A stretch of DNA of 64,000 bases, from the NCBI GenBank assembly GCA_905236535.1, contig CAJOQN010000006.1, positions 3,484-67,483 on the forward strand. The letters are read 5' to 3'. Below the pieces are notes generated by a model. That model searched no databases. It saw only the letters and a list, made by a program, of their open reading frames with translations, and was not told the DNA's origin. Source of the DNA: an uncultured Bacilli bacterium. Its GTDB lineage: Bacteria; Bacillota_I; Bacilli_A; RFN20; CAG-826. The position numbers and the translations under genes were made by a program. Below, in pieces: positions 57,448-64,000 of the stretch (position 1 is its first letter; the number at the start of each line of letters is the position of its first letter).

Positions 57448-60400
57448 ATGGCATTTAAATTCGGCAAGGCGTGGATTTTACGCATAGCCTCTGTTTTAAC
57501 TGCTGCCGTGGTTATCACAGGACTTTCCATAGGTGACAACATCGTTAAGATGAATGAAAGAAATCTTGATTCTATTTTATGTCCGCCTATCGTCCACGAA
57601 GATTCCTTAGAAAAATCAAGAGAAAGCGGCCAACAAATGGCCAAACAAATTGTTGAAGAGGGGGCGGTATTATTAAAGAATAATAATAACGTTTTACCTC
57701 TCGATTATGATGACATAGACAGAGTCAACGTCTTTGGCTGGGCTAGTATTGACTGGGCTTATGGCGCGAATTCTGGGTCCTGTTCAGGAAGAGTTATGGC
57801 AGAGGATTCTAAAAGAGAATCTTTAGTGGATCTTTATGATGCCTTAACAAATTATGATATCCAATATAATACTGAACTTAAGAACATGTACACAAATTAT
57901 GCGTCTCCATACCTGTATGCGCTTAAAGATCCAGGCTCTATTTCAAATGATAATGTCATTACATTACATGAGCCAGAAATCAGTGACGCTAATTATTACA
58001 GCCCTTCATTATTAGCAAACGCGAGAGCATATTCTGATACCGCGTTAGTGGTTATCACTAGAAACGCCGGTGAAGATATTCCTGCTGATAGAGCGATGAG
58101 AAAAGCGGGTAGAAATTATGTCAATGAATCTAATAAGATTTATTTAGATTTATCCATTGAAGAAGAGCATCTTCTTACATATGTTGGGGAAAATTATGAA
58201 AATGTTGTTGTCATCATCAACTCCCCGGCGGCGATGGATTTAACTTTCTTAAACACCATTCCTGGATTAGATTCCGCTCTCCAAGTTGGATTTACCGGCA
58301 CTCATGGAGCGAGCATCATTCCAGCCTTATTATATGGTGAAAAAACTCCATCCGGACATCTCGTGGATACCTATACTTATGATCGTTCATTAAGTTTTGC
58401 CTTCCGCGCGAAAAACGCTGCCCAATTTACGGGTTCCGGATTAAACGGAAAGAGATTCTTTGAATATATTGAAAACATCTATGTCGGTTACCGTTGGTAT
58501 GAAACCGCCGATAAAGAAGAATATTGGAATGATTATACTCGTAATTTATTAGATGAAGAAGACCAAGAATATGAAGCTACTGGATATGATGCGGTTGTCG
58601 AATATCCATTTGGTTATGGTCTTAGTTACACCGACTTCGAATATAAATTAGAAGATACATATTTCACCAAAAATGGAACACAAATTTCTAACCTTGATCC
58701 TGAAGGTGAATACCACATCAAATTAAAAGTCACCAATGTTGGTAATAAGAGTGGTAAAGATGTCGCTCAAGTCTACTTGGAGGCTCCATATTACTATGGA
58801 CAAATCGAAAAGAGTGCGAAAGCTCTTGTCGGATATGCAAAAACTATCGAATTAGAACCTAGTAAGAGTGAAATTTTAGACCTCGAGATTCAAATCTCTG
58901 ATTGTATGTCCTACGACTGCTACGACGCAAACTTTAATGGACATACCGGTTATGAATTAGATCATGGAAAATATACCTTCCATTTAGGTAAAAATTCCCA
59001 TGAAGATATCAAGATGTACGACACCAATGGAAACAACCTTGTTGATGGTCAAGTTTCATTCAACATTAACTCCACGATTGATGTCAACACCGATAAATAT
59101 ACTGGAGAAATTGTTGATAATCTCTTCACTGGTGATGATGCGATTGATGGTTATCCAATCGACGCAGTGGAAGATGGATATCAACCAGAATATCTCACCA
59201 GAGCAGACTTCCCAGATATTAAAGAATATAACGGTGTTCAATCACGTGCATCCACCCAAGCTTTAAGAGATGCTTATTTCTTCGATCAAGCAAAGGGCGA
59301 TGCTTGGGATAACGCGACCGTCGATAAATTCGGCAATCCAGTCTTTGATGAGGAAGTCGTTTGGGGTCAAGACTATGGTCTTAGAATCGCAAATAACGGC
59401 CTTGTTACTGAATTAGGTTTCCAATTAGGAGAAGATTATGATGATCCTATGTGGGAAGAATTATTAGATCAAGTCACTGTTAGTGAAGTCTTAAATACCA
59501 TCAATAAATCTTATGGCACTCCTGCGGTTCCATCCGTTGGAAAACCTTTCTTAGCAGAAGTTGATGGGCCAGCCCAAATTAAATGTTATTATCAACAACC
59601 TCCACGTGGCACTGGTTATCCATGTGCGGTCATGGTGGCCCAAACTTGGAACCAAGAGCTCGGAGAAGACTTTGGTTTATCATTCGCGATGGATATGAAC
59701 TCCGTCTCCATCAATGGCTTATGGGGTTGGGGTGTTAACTTACATAGAACTCCAGTCGGAGGTAGAAACTGGGAATACTTCTCTGAAGATCCATTTATCT
59801 CTGGTAAAACTTTAGCCGCTGCGGTTAAGGGGTTATTAAAAGGTGGTAGATATTCATATATCAAACACTTCTGCATGAATGAATCTGAAACCAATAAAAA
59901 AGAAGGATTTACCTTTACCACCGAACAAGCATATAGAGAATGCTATTTGAAACCATTCCAAATCGGTATCCAAGAAGGTGGAGCAGTTGGAATTATGACC
60001 AGCTTCAATAGAATTGGAGCCTTATATTCCGGTGGTTCTGAAGCCTCTATTGCCGGTGTTGTCCGTGGTGAATGGGGATTCAAAGGCGCGATCATTACCG
60101 ACTGGGCTGACTTAAATGGAAGTTATATGTCAATCGACCAACAAGTCCGCGCGGGTGGTGATTTAGGAATGAACACCCAACTCAATGGTTCTAGCAGTGT
60201 GAATTTCAATTATAGTGCGACCTCTTCTCGTAGATTGCAACATCAATTAAAAGAGGTCATGCATCACGTCTTATATTCCTGGTTAAGATGTCAATACTTA
60301 AACAAGGAATTCAATGAGAATCCAGATTCTGATATTAAGGTCATTCAAACCGCTTCTATTGAATCATTCAAGTGGTACAAGATGGTTCTTGTCGATGCGA

Positions 60401-60504
60401 ACGTCCTCTTAATTGGTGGATGCGCGGTATTCGCCTTATTCGCGTGGTTACCAGTTAAGAAAAAAGAAGTTATCGTTGAGGGAGGAGAACAACAAAATGA
60501 GTAA
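57448..60504 (+). CDS. GH3-family beta-glucosidase-like glycosidase with a permuted domain order and both N- and C-terminal TM anchors
   Basis: ORF 57430..60504 begins with TTG; the ATG at 57448 follows the SD. An N-terminal signal-anchor, the GH3 catalytic signature (EWGFKGAIITDWADL) near residue 880, and a C-terminal TM (VLVDANVLLIGGCAVFALFAWL). Confidence 0.75.
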   Translation: MAFKFGKAWILRIASVLTAAVVITGLSIGDNIVKMNERNLDSILCPPIVHEDSLEKSRESGQQMAKQIVEEGAVLLKNNNNVLPLDYDDIDRVNVFGWASIDWAYGANSGSCSGRVMAEDSKRESLVDLYDALTNYDIQYNTELKNMYTNYASPYLYALKDPGSISNDNVITLHEPEISDANYYSPSLLANARAYSDTALVVITRNAGEDIPADRAMRKAGRNYVNESNKIYLDLSIEEEHLLTYVGENYENVVVIINSPAAMDLTFLNTIPGLDSALQVGFTGTHGASIIPALLYGEKTPSGHLVDTYTYDRSLSFAFRAKNAAQFTGSGLNGKRFFEYIENIYVGYRWYETADKEEYWNDYTRNLLDEEDQEYEATGYDAVVEYPFGYGLSYTDFEYKLEDTYFTKNGTQISNLDPEGEYHIKLKVTNVGNKSGKDVAQVYLEAPYYYGQIEKSAKALVGYAKTIELEPSKSEILDLEIQISDCMSYDCYDANFNGHTGYELDHGKYTFHLGKNSHEDIKMYDTNGNNLVDGQVSFNINSTIDVNTDKYTGEIVDNLFTGDDAIDGYPIDAVEDGYQPEYLTRADFPDIKEYNGVQSRASTQALRDAYFFDQAKGDAWDNATVDKFGNPVFDEEVVWGQDYGLRIANNGLVTELGFQLGEDYDDPMWEELLDQVTVSEVLNTINKSYGTPAVPSVGKPFLAEVDGPAQIKCYYQQPPRGTGYPCAVMVAQTWNQELGEDFGLSFAMDMNSVSINGLWGWGVNLHRTPVGGRNWEYFSEDPFISGKTLAAAVKGLLKGGRYSYIKHFCMNESETNKKEGFTFTTEQAYRECYLKPFQIGIQEGGAVGIMTSFNRIGALYSGGSEASIAGVVRGEWGFKGAIITDWADLNGSYMSIDQQVRAGGDLGMNTQLNGSSSVNFNYSATSSRRLQHQLKEVMHHVLYSWLRCQYLNKEFNENPDSDIKVIQTASIESFKWYKMVLVDANVLLIGGCAVFALFAWLPVKKKEVIVEGGEQQNE

Positions 60505-60655
60505 AAAACTTAGAAACATTATCGTATTCAGCGTCCTTGGCGCATTACTTCTTGTGATTGGTATCTATTCATTGGTTACCTATCTCAACTATAACGCCTA
60601 TCGTCAAGCCGCTGAAGCTGCCGCAAACGCGATAAGAATTGTTGGCCTTATCTAA
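60497..60655 (+). CDS. Small single-TM protein overlapping the GH3 stop codon
   Basis: ORF 60413..60655 trimmed to MSKKLRNIIVFSVLGALLLVIGIYSLVTYL (52 aa). Its ATG overlaps the GH3 TAA (ATGAGTAA). Confidence 0.4.
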   Translation: MSKKLRNIIVFSVLGALLLVIGIYSLVTYLNYNAYRQAAEAAANAIRIVGLI

Positions 60656-60675
60656 AATCTAGCTTTGCTTTTGAA

Positions 60676-60717
60676 AAGCACCTCGTTCCTAATGTTTAGG
60701 ATGTGAGGTGCTTTTTC
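60676..60717 (+). terminator. Rho-independent terminator
   Basis: GCACCTC ... GAGGTGC stem with a nested TCCTAA/TTAGGA stem, followed by TTTTT. Confidence 0.65.
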
Positions 60718-60773
60718 TCATCATCACACAAGTCTTAGATTAATTAAATCATAATTAAGACACTTGAGGTTGT

Positions 60774-61904
60774 TTAGATATTTGGTTCTAACATTATGTT
60801 GCAAATATTATCTAATTCCTGTTTGGTAAAGCCGATACTCTCAAAATACGAATAAGCTTTTTCTTGAAGAGTGTTCCCTTCAAAGGTTGATAAATAAGTG
60901 AAGTGAGAATTAATATGATCTAATCCTCTTGGGCCACCGATATTACCAAAGTTCGAGAATAAATAATCGCGATAGATATCAACGTTATTAAGACCTAATA
61001 AAGCGTTTAAATAGAAGGCCACAACACCAGTTCTATCCGTTCCAATCGCGCAGTGGAAGATGACGGGATAATTATTCCTATTAGTAAATACTTTAAAGAC
61101 ATTTCTCATCGATTCTGTTTCGTTTTTAGCAATGTTAACAACATCCCAACCCATGTGATATGGATAATAATTCACATCTTTGCCTAAAACACTATCATAA
61201 AGGGCTCCATTTTCGTTATTATAGATTTCTCTTAAATCTATCTCACTTTTAATTTTAAAGACGTCTAGAAGCATTTTACGGCCTTCGAGTGTAATCTTTG
61301 GAGAAACGGTTAAAGAATAGCCATTATTTAATTGACCTGTTCTATAAACCATGCCTTGTTTAACTCTCTTATTAGAGGCAGTAACATATCCGCCTAAATC
61401 CCTCACATTAGTGATTCCATCAACATAAACATTTCTTGGGCCTTTGTCTTCAGTTTTAAAGGTGTGAATATCACTGCTATATGAAGAGACATTCGTGTTC
61501 GCGGTCACAAAATAATAATATGTGGTTCCAATAATCAAATTTGTGAAAGTATATTCACTATTTGAACATTTATATGTTTCAAATGATGATAGAGTTTCAT
61601 CAGAGGTCACATTTAAATAATAATCATTAATGGTTTCACCACTATTGGTGATGAAATCCCAATCCAAAGTAAATGTTAGTGGTCTAGATAGTTCACTTGT
61701 GCCACTAGCATAATTGTTCACGTTTTGATATTCATCATTTAAATAATTATATTGAAGGTCGGTATGAATTCTCACATTGTTATATTCGTTGAAAGAGAAT
61801 TCATAAGTTGGTTCTTGCTCGCCTTCGGCTTTGACCACGCTTCTAGTCGTAGCGCATGAAGATAACAATGATGTTAATAATAAAAGGCTAATCTTTTTCA
61901 ACAT
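60774..61904 (-). CDS. Surface lipoprotein with an FN3-like domain and a PTP-like CX5R phosphatase domain
   Basis: ORF 60774..61919 trimmed to MLKKISLLLLTSLLSSC (lipobox). C-terminal active-site loop VIFHCAIGTDRTGVVAFYL (HCxxGxxRTG). Confidence 0.6.
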   Translation of the reverse strand: MLKKISLLLLTSLLSSCATTRSVVKAEGEQEPTYEFSFNEYNNVRIHTDLQYNYLNDEYQNVNNYASGTSELSRPLTFTLDWDFITNSGETINDYYLNVTSDETLSSFETYKCSNSEYTFTNLIIGTTYYYFVTANTNVSSYSSDIHTFKTEDKGPRNVYVDGITNVRDLGGYVTASNKRVKQGMVYRTGQLNNGYSLTVSPKITLEGRKMLLDVFKIKSEIDLREIYNNENGALYDSVLGKDVNYYPYHMGWDVVNIAKNETESMRNVFKVFTNRNNYPVIFHCAIGTDRTGVVAFYLNALLGLNNVDIYRDYLFSNFGNIGGPRGLDHINSHFTYLSTFEGNTLQEKAYSYFESIGFTKQELDNICNIMLEPNI

Positions 61905-61908
61905 AACA

Positions 61909-62814
61909 TCACCATCCAATCACCGTATGATGCCATATAGAAGCATCAATAATAAAGTTTTCACCATGAATGGTGACCAATAAGTCTCCACCAGGGATTA
62001 AACGTTGAATAATATCTTCGCCAGTCGATCCAAAATATGAAGCGTTAAGGGGACCATATAACATATATTTATAATCAAACAATTCTAATGTTCCATCTTC
62101 TTTAACAAGGAGGTAATATCCCTCACTAACTGTACATTTCTCTCCCTTAAATGTATCAGCGTGAATGTTATGGGAAAACATCAATAATTTATTATTAGAA
62201 GTTGAGGAAAAAATCGCAGGAACATTATCTTGTTTTTCCAAAATTGCGATATTAGAAACATATCTAAAATCTTCATAAGCAATAATAATTTGCCCTAGTC
62301 CCACGACAGTATTATCAGGGAAAGAGACATTATAATCAGTGATTTCGTGAGCCCCTATTTCATCGTATTTAATCAAGGAGAAATAATCTCTATTAAATGT
62401 TTCATTTAAGAAATAAACATATTTCTCGTCATAATTACGATAGACAAAGCCTTTCACAGTGATGGAAAAAGAGGCATAGAATGTTTCATAACGAATGACA
62501 ACGTTTTTATATCCAGGCGAAGATAAATCAACGTCTAAGATTTCATAATCGGAAATTATGATATTCTCTCCGTTGCTTAGGCGTTTATTAACCACTAGTC
62601 CGGAAAGATCTAATTCTTCATTAATTTCATAGACCTTTTTAACATTTGCGGTATTAATTTCTAAACAAAGAGTGTAAGCTTCATCGTCTAGATTTGATAA
62701 TACCGCCATGGTGTCCCCGTGATTAAATTCTACTTTTTCTTCCTTAGAAGAAATTGAGCATGATGAAAGAATAAAGGGAAGGCTAATTAATAATCCGATA
62801 AATCTCTTATTCAT
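61909..62814 (-). CDS. Lipoprotein of unknown function
   Basis: 301 aa. MNKRFIGLLISLPFILSSC lipobox. Confidence 0.5.
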   Translation of the reverse strand: MNKRFIGLLISLPFILSSCSISSKEEKVEFNHGDTMAVLSNLDDEAYTLCLEINTANVKKVYEINEELDLSGLVVNKRLSNGENIIISDYEILDVDLSSPGYKNVVIRYETFYASFSITVKGFVYRNYDEKYVYFLNETFNRDYFSLIKYDEIGAHEITDYNVSFPDNTVVGLGQIIIAYEDFRYVSNIAILEKQDNVPAIFSSTSNNKLLMFSHNIHADTFKGEKCTVSEGYYLLVKEDGTLELFDYKYMLYGPLNASYFGSTGEDIIQRLIPGGDLLVTIHGENFIIDASIWHHTVIGW

Positions 62815-62832
62815 ATCAACTAAACTAATTAA

Positions 62833-64000
62833 TTAAAAGGCGCTTAAGAAATCGGAAAGGCTACTATGCTGGGTATTGTTTCCACCAACAGGTTTACTAG
62901 ATAATCCCCAAGCAGAATCACATAAATGATATGTATGGAAATCACAAGATCTAATACCGGTAGGACCAAAGAAACTTGTAACATTACTACCACCAGTATT
63001 GTCAAAACCACGAGCTAAATTTCCTAAACCAAATTTGAAGGAACTATTCCATTGTAATTTGGCTGTATCACTGCTTTCAGTAACCGTCATCTTAATACCG
63101 ATTGTATAGGAACCGTTTGGGGTATCAGGAGATCCAGAGTCCCATTCTCCCCAGTTGGCATCAGTCCAATCTGTTGCGGTATTAGAGGAATATAAAGCTG
63201 CTTTACCGTTGACAAAATTAACGGTCGCGCTGCTTCTCATTAACCAAATACATGCCGAAGGATTACTTGCAGAACTGTCGGTTTTATCGGCATCAATCAT
63301 AAGGGCTCCCGCATTATTTGCGTCACCGACTTGAACAGAGCAGAAATGGGTACCAACTTTAACATTGGTCATATTGACTGTCCCTTTAACAATGAGGGTT
63401 GGGGAATATGGGCCAGGTTGCGTACTGTCTGAATTTGAGCAAGATCTAATGCCATCATCACAGTTTGTGATGGTTAAGGTGCCAGATGATTGTTGAATAT
63501 CCTTTGTGCCAGTTACGGATTGATAAACTCTGATACCTCTTTTATATCCAGAAATAGAAACGTCGTTTTCAAGAACTAAACAACCATTGTTTAAATAAAT
63601 GGCTTCTCCACTTCTTGCCCCGGTCTTAGTAAATACTAATGGTCCTTTAACACTACAATAAATAGCTTCAGTATTGAGAGTAGCGCCATCAGCAAAGGAC
63701 AATTGTTCTCCCATAAACACAAGAACACCATAACCACCCTTGAAGGTAATGTTATTGATGCTAGAAGGAGCGTTTGATTTAATAACAATTTGGGAAGCAC
63801 GTGTGAAATTTGAATCAATATAAATGTTTTTGGAGCTTTCATCTCCATTGAGAGTTAAAACAAAGCGTTTTTCACTATTAAGAGTGCTGTTGTAATCAAA
63901 ATCTAAAGTTCCAGCACGTGAAGCATTAGCGTAACTTGTGTAATTATATGGAGTATATTCCACTAAATCACTGCTTGAAGTACCAATTTTGACTTTATAG
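62833..64000 (-). CDS. Secreted/surface protein, partial (5' end beyond the right window edge); Thr/Ser/Asn/Gly-rich, beta-helix-like
   Basis: The ORF-track start at 63963 is GTG and the frame stays open through position 64000. No catalytic motif recognised. Confidence 0.4.
   Translation of the reverse strand, partial: YKVKIGTSSSDLVEYTPYNYTSYANASRAGTLDFDYNSTLNSEKRFVLTLNGDESSKNIYIDSNFTRASQIVIKSNAPSSINNITFKGGYGVLVFMGEQLSFADGATLNTEAIYCSVKGPLVFTKTGARSGEAIYLNNGCLVLENDVSISGYKRGIRVYQSVTGTKDIQQSSGTLTITNCDDGIRSCSNSDSTQPGPYSPTLIVKGTVNMTNVKVGTHFCSVQVGDANNAGALMIDADKTDSSASNPSACIWLMRSSATVNFVNGKAALYSSNTATDWTDANWGEWDSGSPDTPNGSYTIGIKMTVTESSDTAKLQWNSSFKFGLGNLARGFDNTGGSNVTSFFGPTGIRSCDFHTYHLCDSAWGLSSKPVGGNNTQHSSLSDFLSAF

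Overview
This is a low-GC, AT-rich bacterial chromosome segment that reads correctly with the standard genetic code. The gene content looks Firmicutes/Mollicutes-like: lipobox lipoproteins, a very large OppA, two DegV paralogs, a gdpP-rplI-dnaB block, and several genes whose -10 box sits 6-8 nt before the ATG.

Left to right the window contains:
- A minus-strand maltodextrin/starch operon: GH13 amylase lipoprotein, a tandem-repeat surface lipoprotein, pullulanase, a small lipoprotein, a MalE-like binding lipoprotein, and a MalF-like permease that runs off the left edge.
- A divergent GPH symporter / GH2 glycosidase pair.
- A two-gene HTH-DUF3990-like / DUF3791-like cassette.
- A feoA-feoA-feoB-Cys-rich-peptide operon with a palindromic operator at its promoter, and a nearby DtxR/MntR-family regulator.
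- Carbonic anhydrase, an esterase, a choline-kinase-like phosphotransferase, two SGNH hydrolases, a GT4, a DUF2130 protein and a second GPH transporter.
- A 1322-aa BspA-type leucine-rich-repeat surface protein translationally coupled to the end of an oppABCDF operon.
- A TupA-like ATP-grasp gene, a lipoprotein and a polytopic membrane protein.
- An orphan micro-transcription unit: promoter, SD, 16-codon ORF whose stop codon is buried in a hairpin, then a terminator.
- A membrane-anchored XRE regulator, a DegV, and tmRNA (ssrA).
- The housekeeping block rlmH - MBL hydrolase - dnaB - rplI - gdpP.
- A DUF308 membrane protein behind a perfect Rex box.
- A second DegV followed by a frameshifted nitroreductase and a rubredoxin that also looks frame-disrupted.
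- GT2, acyltransferase-3, a GH43-like gene, and a domain-permuted, doubly anchored GH3.
- Three surface lipoprotein/secreted-protein genes at the right edge, one carrying a PTP-like CX5R phosphatase motif.

No rRNA, tRNA, CRISPR array, transposase or integrase was recognised. Coordinates of non-CDS elements are approximate (about +/-2 nt). CDS starts were re-derived from the supplied ORF track where the first-listed start looked like an alternative-start artefact.
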